From IMG/VR virus record IMGVR_UViG_2706794926_000001: 20,000 bases of DNA. One strand, given 5' to 3'. Of this stretch, positions 7,481 to 19,421 are shown piece by piece (the stretch's first letter is position 1; each line of letters starts with the position of its first letter). The DNA is from an uncultured virus (IMG/VR IMGVR_UViG_2706794926_000001) (Duplodnaviria; Heunggongvirae; Uroviricota; Caudoviricetes). Below the pieces are notes generated by a model. It was not told where the DNA came from. It did no database searches and worked only from the letters and a program-made list of their open reading frames with translations. Made by a program: the position numbers and the translations under genes.

Positions 7481-8152
7481 TTAAAATTCCTCCAATGAAT
7501 CCTTTTTATACTCATTTACATTTGTTACATTAACACATAAGTTACTAAAGTCTGTTGATGTTAAATTTTTTATTTTTATGGAGTTCTTACTTATCTCTGT
7601 ATACATATCTATGTTTTTAACTGTTGTTTCATCCAAATAATTTCGATAATAAATTCTATCCAGCTTATTATTAAGTTTCATAAAAATATATTTTATTTTA
7701 TTGTTATTTATAAAACTTATTTCCTTTGTATTATTATTAATATATTCCTTCATTTTCAACAATTCTGATTTTTGAAGATTTGTAATACTAGTGAAGGAAT
7801 TTAAGGAAACATTAAATTCGGTTACTATATAATTATCTTCATCAAGATAATTTAACCATATAACTCCATCTTCACTTACAAGTACATTTTGTTTAATCTC
7901 AAAACACACATTTGTAAATGGACTGTTTACTTTAATTAATAAAAAACCATAACTATTTTTTATATGAAATATACTTTGACTTACATTATTTATACTAACA
8001 AGTTTTTTATTTTTAATTAACTCTTTATCTGCCCTTAACAAATCTGATATTTCAAATCCATATTTACTTATATTCTTTAATGCATCTATCTCAAATACCT
8101 GACCAGATAAATTATAATATAGTCCTTTAACATCTTTTAATAAGTAACTCAT
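7481..8152 (-). CDS. Headless scaffold protein Y1 (223 aa)
   Basis: Paralogue of 1058..1702. The N-terminal YLLKDVKGLYY resembles the YFIKHDEKLYIP linker of the G proteins. Ends KDSLEEF. ATGA overlap with the upstream gene. Confidence 0.8.
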   Translation of the reverse strand: MSYLLKDVKGLYYNLSGQVFEIDALKNISKYGFEISDLLRADKELIKNKKLVSINNVSQSIFHIKNSYGFLLIKVNSPFTNVCFEIKQNVLVSEDGVIWLNYLDEDNYIVTEFNVSLNSFTSITNLQKSELLKMKEYINNNTKEISFINNNKIKYIFMKLNNKLDRIYYRNYLDETTVKNIDMYTEISKNSIKIKNLTSTDFSNLCVNVTNVNEYKKDSLEEF

Positions 8153-8805
8153 AACACACCTATTTGTTCCTCTATTGATATGATACTTTCAAATCTTTCA
8201 ACTATTTCACTTGGAATAACTTCTGACTCATACACATTAATTGTTTCATTATTATATTTAAATTGTTTTTTATTAAACTTCAATAATATAGTATCTTTTG
8301 GTTTTGCCCCATCTAAATCTATATCTATATAATTTTCATCATAGACTAACTTATCTTTATTATTTTCATTTACATCTATTGAAACACATTCTACTTGAGT
8401 TCCTGCATCTATTTCCGTATAACATTCAATTAAATAGTTAGTATCTCTACCATTATTAGGTATTTCAATCACATCATTTATTTTTACATTTTTATATACA
8501 AATTGCTCCACATTATTTATATTTGTTATTGGATAAGTGGGTTTATCATCTACTTCTGTTTTTAGATTTTTTATCTTAACATCCAGCTCATTGATATCCG
8601 CATTTGTTTCTTGTATACTTTGAATACTCTGATTTATTATATTAGTATTATTACTTATCTTATATTCCAGTTCAGTTTTATCGTAATCGACTTTTGATTT
8701 TAAAGAATTTATATCATCTTGAACTTTAGAGACTTTACTCACTAAATAATCCTTTAACTTATTTGAATAATAAACCAAACCACCTTGATCTAAGTATTTT
8801 CTCAT
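8149..8805 (-). CDS. Coiled-coil fibre/adaptor protein X1 (218 aa)
   Basis: MRKYLDQGGLVYYSNKLKDYL followed by heptad-like repeats. Clear paralogue of 1721..2377. RBS AAGGAG. Confidence 0.85.
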   Translation of the reverse strand: MRKYLDQGGLVYYSNKLKDYLVSKVSKVQDDINSLKSKVDYDKTELEYKISNNTNIINQSIQSIQETNADINELDVKIKNLKTEVDDKPTYPITNINNVEQFVYKNVKINDVIEIPNNGRDTNYLIECYTEIDAGTQVECVSIDVNENNKDKLVYDENYIDIDLDGAKPKDTILLKFNKKQFKYNNETINVYESEVIPSEIVERFESIISIEEQIGVL

Positions 8806-8835
8806 TCAATCAACTCCTTGCAGTTTGATTAAAAT

Positions 8836-9687
8836 TTAATATTTGTTAGTAATAATCTTAGTTAATACTTCCTCTGTTACACCAGAGCTATCTGTGTAAT
8901 TTAAATATACCATGTCACTTTCTTCTACTAATAAGGAAGTCTGCAACTCATAGGTTTCAACACTTGCTAATCTCTTATCCTTTTCATCATCATAGGTAAG
9001 TTCTATTTTTGTGTTATCCGTTAATACTCTAACTAACTTGTCTTCGTAATCTCTATCTCTAACAAGAGTTATAGTATCACTATTATCCTCATCCTTACTT
9101 AAATCTACATTTATTAATCTGTATGCTTTTTGAACATAATCATCATAATATAGTACAGCAAAGCCATTAATTACTGGCGTGTTTATCTTATTGCTTAATA
9201 AATTTGCCTTAAGTCTAAAACTATAACATGGAATATTTAAAACTAACGGTACGGTATCATTTGCTTTAATTAAAAAATTTCTATTGTCATCTGTAATAAT
9301 GTGATAAATAATATCACAACCTGTTGGTATTACTTCATCTACAACCAAGAAGAAATTATTTAACTGGGATTTATAGGTTTCATCAGTGCATTTTTCAGTT
9401 GAATAATACACACCATTTTTAGTTAAATCCTTAACCTTAAGACTAGATTCTATTGAGTTATAAACCATATTATCTGATAAATAGAAATCAGAGTATTCTC
9501 TGTCCTTAACTTCATTTACGAACATGGAATTTACATATTTATTATTATCAAAAGATATCTTTACAGAATTTAAAAAAGTGTTGTCTCCAAATTCGGCAAT
9601 ATCATGTCTCGTTATATCATCAGCTATTTTTCTAGTACTTACATCCTGCTCTATATCTGCTTTTGTTATTTTCTTAAAGTCAGCCAT
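8836..9687 (-). CDS. Hypothetical virion structural protein (283 aa)
   Basis: Long ORF with RBS AAGGAGGG. Beta-rich with RLKANLLS..TPVI; the structural role is inferred from context only. Confidence 0.7.
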   Translation of the reverse strand: MADFKKITKADIEQDVSTRKIADDITRHDIAEFGDNTFLNSVKISFDNNKYVNSMFVNEVKDREYSDFYLSDNMVYNSIESSLKVKDLTKNGVYYSTEKCTDETYKSQLNNFFLVVDEVIPTGCDIIYHIITDDNRNFLIKANDTVPLVLNIPCYSFRLKANLLSNKINTPVINGFAVLYYDDYVQKAYRLINVDLSKDEDNSDTITLVRDRDYEDKLVRVLTDNTKIELTYDDEKDKRLASVETYELQTSLLVEESDMVYLNYTDSSGVTEEVLTKIITNKY

Positions 9688-9701
9688 AATTATCCCCTCC
9701 T

Positions 9702-10157
9702 TTAAAGCTTAGTATGCTGTCCTATTTTATAATTATTTCTAAATATCGGGTATATATAATAGGTACAGGTTTTTTCGCTGCTATGAGTATATTGCATTTT
9801 ATCTGTATCGAATTCGACTTCAATTATATCATTAGCAGTTATATTTAATACATCAATGGACATCATCCTGCTTGCTATATTATAGTTATAATAATTTGTA
9901 TTTATTTGAACATTATTTACATATACCTTTATTTCTGAAGCATTTTCAGCATATATATCCGCTGGTAGAGTCCAAAGTAATCCTGCGTTATACTCAAGTT
10001 CCTTTTTTTCTCTTATATAATTTGCGCTTTTAGTATTTTCAATATATATTGTTTCTTCGATACCATCACTATAAGTTATAGTTAAGTTATAGCCTTTACA
10101 CAAGTAATAAGGTAATCTTTCAAAAGTAATTATATTTTCATCAACTAAATTAAGCAT
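9702..10157 (-). CDS. Hypothetical baseplate-associated protein (151 aa)
   Basis: Contains the module IKVYVNN...YNY....MSI....ANDIIEVEF, typical of baseplate/tail beta repeats. Abuts the upstream stop (TAAATG). Confidence 0.7.
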   Translation of the reverse strand: MLNLVDENIITFERLPYYLCKGYNLTITYSDGIEETIYIENTKSANYIREKKELEYNAGLLWTLPADIYAENASEIKVYVNNVQINTNYYNYNIASRMMSIDVLNITANDIIEVEFDTDKMQYTHSSEKTCTYYIYPIFRNNYKIGQHTKL

Positions 10158-11585
10158 TTATACCACACTCACAATCGCTTTTGAAATTTTCTTGTATTTA
10201 TCATATAAATACATTGTGTAATTATATTTATTCCCTCTTATTCCTATATCATTTACTTTTAAATTAGGAAATCTTGAATCGAGGGTTATTGAGGATACTA
10301 AATATGTTGGATAGTCGTAATCATTTTCTTCCATGTTCTCATTCCTCAAGAAATATTCTTGATAATAGACTCCTCCTTGTCTTACAAAGACTTTAAGTAC
10401 TCTTCCATCAATATCATTATATTGAATAGGTTTATTTCTATCATCTTCTGAAAGTAATGTGACATCTTTCCTAAGAATTTCTATTTTATCAATAAAAACT
10501 TCCTCTTTGCTATCATCAAATATGAAAGGATCAGATTCTACGCTAATGTTTGCAGAATTCTCATCAATGCATGAATTGACGCCCTTTAATACTTTTTTAT
10601 TTCTTAGCATTAATTTTCTGTTATCAGAATTCCAAATATTAGTTATCTTCAAAATCCTAGCTCCATCTTCATCTAAATCCGAAGCATAAATATCAATACC
10701 ATCAGTTGGTATTATACTACTTACAAGCTTTTCTTTTGGGACTCTAATTTCCCCTATAGAGGAAGCTGTACCTAAAACTTCATCAAAGGTTGGAGTCTCT
10801 GCACTATAATAATCACTGCTTGCCTTTAATGAAAAATTTAAATATGGTTCTGAGATCTCAGATATTGCAGTATTGCTTATATCTGAAATATTTCCACTGC
10901 TATCCTTTGCTATAACGTAATAGTAATAAATATTTTTTCTATAATCTGCATCTTGGTAAAATGCTGTATATCCTGTTGTATTTATTGTCCTAAGAATCGG
11001 CTTATATATTCCATGTCCTCTCTCAGGAGTAACATCTTCAAAGCCTTTTCCAACATCATAAAAATTGTATACTGTTAAATCACCATAGAAAGTTATACTT
11101 TTATAATTTAAATCAAAATCATTGCTGAATAGTATCGAATTCTTTAATAATACAAAACTTTTAGCTAATAAATCACTATCAGTTATATCATTTAAAACCT
11201 TATTGCTATCATCTAGTTGTTGTACATGAGTTATAACATTAGCCCCTATGAAAATTTTATATATGGCATCATCTTTTGTTGAATCTACACTATTTCTGAA
11301 TTTAATATAATAAGTGGAATTAGGTACATTAAAATTAAAAGGCAAACTGAAGCCTGTATATCCTTGATGATTTTTAGGTGCTTTATCTAGAAGCATTGAG
11401 ACATTTTTTAATTGTTCAATTGATACTATCTTAGTATCAGCTATTTCAGATATAACCCCCACAGGAGTTCTGTTATCTATAAATTCCTCTAAATCTTTTT
11501 CTATAGGAATACTCTTGCTTCGATATATATAATGAGTCATATCTCCAGAAGATGATTTATATATTTTAATTAAATTTGTTTTCAA
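10158..11585 (-). CDS. Structural protein with FN3-like motif(s) (475 aa, TTG start)
   Basis: YQDADYRKNIYYYYVIAKDSSGNISDISN resembles the FN3 C-terminal strands, with a second degenerate copy GNKYNYTMYLYDKY. RBS AAGGAAG. Confidence 0.75.
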   Translation of the reverse strand: MKTNLIKIYKSSSGDMTHYIYRSKSIPIEKDLEEFIDNRTPVGVISEIADTKIVSIEQLKNVSMLLDKAPKNHQGYTGFSLPFNFNVPNSTYYIKFRNSVDSTKDDAIYKIFIGANVITHVQQLDDSNKVLNDITDSDLLAKSFVLLKNSILFSNDFDLNYKSITFYGDLTVYNFYDVGKGFEDVTPERGHGIYKPILRTINTTGYTAFYQDADYRKNIYYYYVIAKDSSGNISDISNTAISEISEPYLNFSLKASSDYYSAETPTFDEVLGTASSIGEIRVPKEKLVSSIIPTDGIDIYASDLDEDGARILKITNIWNSDNRKLMLRNKKVLKGVNSCIDENSANISVESDPFIFDDSKEEVFIDKIEILRKDVTLLSEDDRNKPIQYNDIDGRVLKVFVRQGGVYYQEYFLRNENMEENDYDYPTYLVSSITLDSRFPNLKVNDIGIRGNKYNYTMYLYDKYKKISKAIVSVV

Positions 11586-11646
11586 CAGTTACACTTCCTT
11601 TACATTAAAGTAGCTTACAATATAGCTCGCACTTCATTATTTAATT

Positions 11647-14600
11647 TTAATCAATAACTTTAACTGTTATATATGGGTTGAAATTAAGTGCATTTACTAC
11701 CTTTCTGTTTACCTTCATTGTATTTTGAGGCATTAATTCATCATCTACAACATCGACATATTCTATAATTGGGTACATTCCATATGCACACCATCTATTA
11801 ACGGCATTTTCAATATCATCCCTAGAATATATTCCTCCATTTATTTTTAGCATCCTCTTATCAAGTCTTATAACTATAACTGAATTTTCATGATAAGGCT
11901 TACCATCTAAAGTTCCTATATCTAAATAATAATCACTTTCCGGCTCAAGCTCCTGCCTTAATTTATCAGACATTGCTTCAATTATTCCGCCGCCTCTTTG
12001 CCTTGTGTCAATTAATACTGTTGATTTCTGAGATGCATGATGTCTTACAAAAAGTCTTCCTATAAGCAAGTCAAAGCTACCTTCTGCTTCCTGAGTATCA
12101 AATCTATGATATATTGTAAATTCTTGATCTTTATCTTCTTTGACTTTATTAGTCTTTACTTCAATTTGCCTCATTGGTCTTAAGAAGAAATAAATGGTTT
12201 TATTAAATAAATTATAAACCTGTTTTTCTTCCTGAATCTCATTACTAGTATCTGTATAAGTACAATATTTACTTGGATTAATATTTACATCAATCATCTT
12301 TTTATTCTTATCAGCTTTACCATCTGTTAAAGGATAATAGCCTTTATAGTGAAAAAATAGCTCTTCATAAGAATAATTTATAAGTATATTATCATTTTCT
12401 GAAATAACATTTTTAAATTCTATATATCCATATTTAAAATTAAAGCTTTCTACAGTAAGTTGTTTTAAGGAACCATCATGAAGGACTTTATAAGCTTCTA
12501 TGTTTACAGGATTACCTAAAGCATTTACTTTCACATATAAAGGATAGTGGACAGTTTTTACTGTATTATTCCCAACATATTGAGGTATTTCATCTTTAAC
12601 ATCTTTATATGGGCTGCCATAACCCCCCCAAACCTGTGAATGAAATTCAGGTATAGAATATATTAACTGGGTATCATCATTTTCATATACTTTTTTAAAG
12701 TAGCTGTATTTAAATTTTGGATACCATTCTTTTAATGGATTTGTTTCATCTGGGCCACATAACCTTATTTTATTTATGTTTCTGCATAAAACAGAATATC
12801 CTTTAAATATTTTTCCATTAACTACTTGATAAATACTATCTGGATCCATGGATTTATTATATCTTGTAACACCATCTTCTGTGTTTTTAATACCTGTATC
12901 TTCATAGGTTCTTGCATATATTAGTCCAGAACCATCTGGATCTGTATATAAAATAACTTTATCTCTTACTAAAAAGCTATTGAAATCATCAATGTCAACT
13001 CCTACTTTAACTACTTCAGCATTTTCGATTTCTTCACGATGATCTTCTCCTGCATACTTAAGCAATATACTTTTTGCTGTTAAATATCCTGTTACAGCCT
13101 TTGGAGATACAATCATATTGTCATTCTTAAATAAATCTTTCTCTGAATATAAAGCATACTTTTTATTTAGTACCTCTGCTTCTATTGGAGGAGTCTTAAT
13201 GCTTCCTGCTGATATTACATATTGAATCCTTATTTTACGTCTTTCATCGTATATAACATTAAAATCTTTCATTTTAACTTTAGTTTGAAGAGTTATTCCT
13301 TGGGCTTCTTTTATCTCATACTCAACATGATTATCCATTGCTTGTATCACACTTATCTTTTCAAGGATTCCAACTTTAACATCAAGAGGTGATATTTCAT
13401 CTTTTAAGGTATAAGCCTCCTGAGCTATACCATCATACATTGCATATACAGGGTTTGCAGCTAATGGCACAAAGCTAGTATATATATAAGCATCAAAAAT
13501 ATCGGCATATTTAGTAGGTTCTAAAAAGACCTTATATTTATAAGTATCAAGCAGTGGCATATTATTTTCATTAACCAATTTAATATTATCTGCCTTGTAA
13601 TTTCCATATTCATCTCTTCCAAGATTGTTATAAACTCTATATTTAAGCTTATATTTATAGTAAAGAGGGGTTTCATCCTTAAACTTATCTGTGATATAAA
13701 ATAAATCATCATCTATTAAATCATTTCCCTCTATATCATGAAGGATTCCACTTTCATCAGCATACATTATAAATTCTCTCTCAGCTTCTGGATCAATATT
13801 GCTAAGGCCATCTTTTTTTGTTACATATCCTAAATATTTAGCAGTACCATTATAAAGAGGAATCTTATCACTTATTATCCCTCCATATCTTGCACTTATA
13901 AGCCAGTAACGCGGAACGAATCCTTCTCCTTTAATAGTAAAAATATTATAACTATCCTTAAAGAAATCATAAGGTTCATTGGCAGAGTTTATATATTTCA
14001 AGGTACCAAATTTTTTCCCATTATCATACTTCTTTATTCTTGGTATCCTTACGTTTTGTGTTCCTCTAAACTGTTCGTAAACTTCAATATATTCAGGATT
14101 TTGATCTATTTCTAGACTTTCATCCCAGTCCACATACTGCCTATATAACGTTCCTGAATATCCATGATACTCTGTATTTTCTTCACCTTGAAATTCAATA
14201 CTTGAAGGAAAAAAATCATCATTCTTTTCAGGTAAATTTCTCTTACTGATCCACTTCACAACATTTTTTACGCCAACTGAATTTGTATCTGTTTCCTGAA
14301 TTGAAATTGTATCATTATAACTTGCAACTGTATTGTAATAAAAGCCTAAATTTACAGCACAGTCTGGTACATTCTTTCCTACTCTTATGGTTCTATTATT
14401 GTATTTGTTAAATTCAAAATGGGCATCAGTATTTCTAAGAAGATTTCCATCTTGAAAATCACTTTCATATTTTTCAAAGCTATTAGAAGGAACTTTTGGA
14501 AAATCAATATTGGTATCTTTAAAGTTAGGCTTATCATCCCAAGTCCAAGTATTCTGTCCTATAACATAGGTGGTTTCTGTTTCATCTATTTTTCGTGCAT

Positions 14601-15405
14601 TAAAGATTATATTTATTACTTCTTCTCCATAAGACCATTCTCCATCGTTCTTATCTTCAAAATCTTTAAAGGTTAATATTAAATACTCTGTTCCATTGAA
14701 GGGAAGTTTTGAAGTTAGTGTAATATCTACTTTTGGAACTGCATATATTTTATTTCCCTTACCTGATTCTATATTATCGCTTTTGTCATCTCGTATGACT
14801 TTTGCATTAACTACAGTTTGAGTACTTGCTGAACATGTGAATTTACTTGCAGTATTAACATGGTTCATGGTTTGTAAATTTGATTCTATACTTAAACTAT
14901 TATCAGAAACTGCCAAGCAGGCTTTAGTTGGATGCAAATCCTTACCTGAAACTTTATATTCAGTATTGTAATTAACTTCAATACTTCTAATTCCATTATT
15001 CTCCACCAAGTTATATTCTGGATCCAAGTAATATTCATAATATTGATTAGTAACACTTTCATTGGAAAAGCTTTTAATAACATCTATTTCAATTACTCTA
15101 AGCTGCTTTGTTCCATCAGAATAAGTTATTAAGAATTCAAAAGAATCATCTCCATGAAAACCTGTCATACAAGTATAGGTGAACTTTATTCTATCCCCTT
15201 GAACTTTTATATCTGCAAATAAAATAGTACCATAAGGATTTTCTTTAGTAGTTTTATACGTATCTCTTTTATATGCATTTGAAAGTTCAATGCCTGTAAC
15301 TCCTATTCTGCCTATTGGAATTATCCCATGAAGAATTGAATTTTCTTTTATTGTGTATTTAATTGTATCTCGAATTTCCTTATAATCTTCTGCCAAGCAA
15401 ATCAC
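11647..15405 (-). CDS. Large virion/baseplate structural protein (1252 aa) with an N-terminal cadherin/Big_9-like Ig domain
   Basis: [17 protein letters not shown] matches the FTYTP..GF.G.DSF.Y pattern. C-terminal [15 protein letters not shown] motifs. GTGA overlap with the upstream gene. Confidence 0.75.
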
Positions 15406-18400
15406 AACTTTCTATTATATATTTTAACTTCATCTTTTACATCCGTTGATACAGTTGCCTTAATAGTATCAATACAATTTTCTAATGAAGCTGTATATCT
15501 GCAATATATGATTCCATTAGAATCTGTCTTTTCATTTCTTATGTTAATGCTGCCTTTAGCTGCTACTATATTAACCTTAACATTTTCTATTGGATTACTA
15601 TTTTTATCTAATACCTGAACTAGCGTATTCATTGTATCCAATCCATTAGCATATATATAATCGCTTGATGGGTATATGGTTACACTCCTTGGTTCATCTA
15701 CATAATCACATATAAAAACATATCCATTATATCTTGCGCTATATATAGGATTAAAGCTTATATCGCTTAATTCCCTACAGGCAGAAATTTTATTTGTCTC
15801 ATAAAATATTTTTATATTTTCAGCCTTTTCACCAGTTTCTTTATTAAAATCTATCTTAAAAGTATCTTTTGAGTAATCATAATTAACAGCAAAAGAATAC
15901 AATAACTTATAAGCAACTTTAATATGCGTTCCCTTTTTTATCTTTTCATTAAAAATTATTACATTATCCTTTATAGTATACTGCAAATATTGTTTATAGT
16001 CTATTTCGACTTTTAAACTCTTGATATCTATATTCAAATATTTCAAGTATAAAGTCTTAAAACCTAAAGACTCAAATTCTTCTGTATTCGTTAAAACATA
16101 ATTGTAATTTTCATCTGTAAAGAATACCTGTGTATATGCTGCATCACGTTCGTCACAGTAAATAATTATTGGTGCATACTGTTGAGGAATTGGAGATAAA
16201 GTAATGGTATTATCAGTAATTCTATACGTAGCTCCAGCTTGGTTATTTTCTATGAGCTGCTCATCATATAATATATCATCACTTTTAATATAAACTTCAT
16301 TTCCTACCTTAGATATTGAAAAATCTGAAATATCTCCATATGGATAGAAATTAGTATTAACCACATTCCCTACATTAAATCCTAATGCAGTTGATAAATG
16401 AGTTAAGTCTCCATTTAAATCACTTATTAATAACTCATCTTTAGCATCATATTTTAAGGAATGAGTAAATACATACTCATATTTTGCTTCATCTGTAGTT
16501 ACAATGTGCTCAACTAAAGTACAAGTGGAAGCATCAAGGCCACATACAGAGCAAGTTGGTGAGGTTTCTGATATATGTGTTTCCCCTGGATAAATAGATA
16601 TATTATTATGGTGGAATAAGTAATAATCATAATAACTAAGAGCTTCTACATATATATTTCCAAAGCCTGGCAGATAATCTTTTCTTTCTTCATCAGTATA
16701 TTCATATCTTTGAACTTTCATTTCCATATAAAATATTTTAGAATTTGGCTTTAATATTATCATATACCTTATGAATCTTTTTAAATCAGTTTTGACTGTA
16801 TTTATATCAACCTTCTGCCAATCAAAATACTTTACATTCCCTTGAATATCATTTTTATGGTCAGCCTGTACCATATAAATTTCTATTTCCCCTTGGTAAA
16901 CAGGATTAAATTCTATACTTCTTTCTTTTATTTCTTCTGCAGTATCTCCTAAATCCATAAAAGTTCCTACATATGCGCCATCTACAGAATAAGACATTGG
17001 CATAAGAATTTCCTCATTATAGGATACATTATAAGATAAATAAAAATTCATATGATTTCGCCAATCAGCTTCGCAGTCATAAAGAAGAGTTCTTTTCCTA
17101 AGCTTAGGTTTTCTTGATGGCTTCAAAACAAATTTTAATATTAAAGTTCTAGATAACTGCAATTCTTTTGGGATTTCCTTATCCCTATATATTCTTACTG
17201 GAGAATTATAAACTCCATTTATTTCATCATAAGCATAGGCATAAACTTCTATTGTACTATTTGGTGTTCCTGCCTCATCCCATGTGATTTTAGAATAATG
17301 AGTTACCTTATCATTAAAGACAAATGGCTTTGTATAATATTCATAGTATGGTGCATATTCTCTATAATAATCATTATAGGATTCAATTGCCTTGGGCCAT
17401 ACCATGTCATCAGCCCATTCATAGTGATAACTATCAAGAAGAAGATCTTCTTTAGTAGATAAATGATACGTATATTTTTTATTTTCCTTCTTTTCTCCTT
17501 GCACTCCTATTTCTAGCTTCACCTGAACATCTTTAGTTAAGTAAAGATCCTCTTCGATAAGGTTTTGATCATCTGGTACACATTTAGAATATAAAAAATA
17601 CTCATTTTGATTATAATAGTAATATCCATTATGAATACTTGGACTCCATTTTGCAGTTGCACTTTGCAGGTTTCTACAAGTTACTGTAACTGTAGTATCT
17701 ATGCTTCCATCTTCCTTTATAATTAAATCTGGAATGTTACTTATAATTAAAATATCATTAATACTAGGAACTATTCTAAGTTCAAATCTTTTATATGCCG
17801 CCAAATCAACAGAAATTCCTGATATAGTATAGGTATATTTATGATCTCTATTATCTTCTATGACATATGGACCTACTTCAGTTTGAGTTATAAATTCACT
17901 GTGCTCACTGTCATCGGCAAAAATTGAATCTGAATAAAAGGTAATGCCATCTCCATCGACTTGCGTATAGTCATGATCTTTAACTGGATTGTCCCATTTA
18001 AATTGTACATAACCGCTATCTGGTGAAATAGTTTCAAATACACAATAATATTTCTTATTTATTACTGATTTTGACGTATCAAAAGTATTCATATTAACAT
18101 GAAGATTCTTTAATCCATCCTTACTGCTTTCAAAGTCTCCATTAATTACTCCAGTAAGTGGATCATAATCTTTTGTTGGATACCATTCAACATATTCCTT
18201 AGTAAGCTTAGTAGCCTTTGCTCCAACTGTGAACATATGGTCAAAGTAACCATGTTCACTCCAAGAAAAGGAATTATTATTTTTTATAGCTCGTCCACCA
18301 TATGCCGGGCTATATACCACAGCTTCACCAGAGGTATTAAAAATTTCTATTGTAAATTTATATCTCTTTTTATAATTTTCTACTAAAAGCTTAGGGAAAA

Positions 18401-19421
18401 ATTGATATAAATATATTTCTGCAACTTGAACCTTATCGTCTAAAGTGTAAGTTAAGTTCTTTTTACTTACCATAGGCTGTCCATAAAGCATTTCACCTTT
18501 TGAATCAGCTAGGATATTATTGCACTCCTGTGCTGTAACTCTCACTGTAAAGGCTGCGTTATATCCCAGATATGGAACTTCCCCAACTAATTTAAATCTA
18601 TACTTAAATTTTATAGCATGATGTTTTATATCATTACTTGCCCTTATACCATAAATCTTATTGTATAGCTTAAACTTATGATTTAAACTTAAATCACTTG
18701 CTTTGCATAACAAACAGTCATTATCATCTCCAACTCCTGAAGCAAAAGCTTTTAGTTTACTTGGATAATCTTTGTTTATTTCACAAATGGTCTCATCTCT
18801 ATCTTCAACTTCAAAAACAGGATAAGTGCTTTCTTCTGCTTGCTCCAATAATGTTATGGAACAAGGCAGTGATTGTAATTTTTCTAAGGCTGAATTTACA
18901 GCACTAATGTATCTAGTATAGGTTGCACCTGTTTTTAAATCGCCTTCAATATAATATCCAATTCCACTTGGTACTTGATAAATTATATTATCATGTTCAT
19001 CTTTAAGATATTTTATTTCTTCGCTGGCTTCCCAATACCACTTAACTACATTATTGTATAGCTGAACGCACTTTAATACTGGCTGCACCTTTGTAGCACT
19101 TAATTTTGCCATTATAGCAGGTTCAGGACTAAATACATTAGTATCATCAGTATTAAAATAAACCTCTATTCCATCAGTATTAGATGTAATTTCATAACCA
19201 TATAGTGCTAAATCCTTTTGACTTATGGTATTTCTTGCACAAAATCTTCCTATTTCCCTTGAAAAATAATCTATTAAATTATGTTTTTCAAGCTGTACTG
19301 GTTCCGTACTTGATAAATCAATATTTTGTTTTGTAATCGTCTTTGATAAGTCAACTAGGGAATTCATTACCAAATTCTCTATTGTAATGGTTATTTTATA
19401 TTGAAATTTTTCAATTACCAT
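15402..19421 (-). CDS. Large virion/baseplate structural protein (1339 aa) with an FN3-like N-terminal region and a C-terminal Big_1 (invasin/intimin-type) Ig domain
   Basis: C-terminal IYANGLD...[18 protein letters not shown]....GSI.....KTDSNG.....YTA....DTIKATV is a classic Big_1 pattern. [20 protein letters not shown] is FN3-like. RBS AAGGGGGG. Confidence 0.8.

Noticed and set aside
7480..7515. Track start MSIKRIHWRNFN for the 550 aa ORF (likewise GTG starts at 4203 and 1714)
   Set aside because: The 7515 start overlaps the upstream gene and the GTGs fall within RBS sequences. Downstream ATGs at 7479, 4194 and 1702 have properly spaced RBSs.
1..8805. Diversity-generating retroelement acting on the fibre or G genes
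   Set aside because: No reverse transcriptase, and I saw no ~100-bp repeat pair differing only at adenines. A trans-acting template outside the window cannot be excluded.
11586..11646. Imperfect hairpin (AAGT..AGCT-N8-AGCTACTT) as a terminator
   Set aside because: Weak, bulged stem with no proper U-tract; not supportable.
1521..18907. Short ORFs in the track: + strand 1521, 3330, 3989, 6666, 9524, 10459, 14419, 18698; - strand 7194, 13521, 14892
   Set aside because: They lie antisense to, or out of frame within, long well-supported genes. Their composition is shadow-like (for example, the His/Arg runs at 6666 mirror Gly codons) and they have no recognisable motifs.
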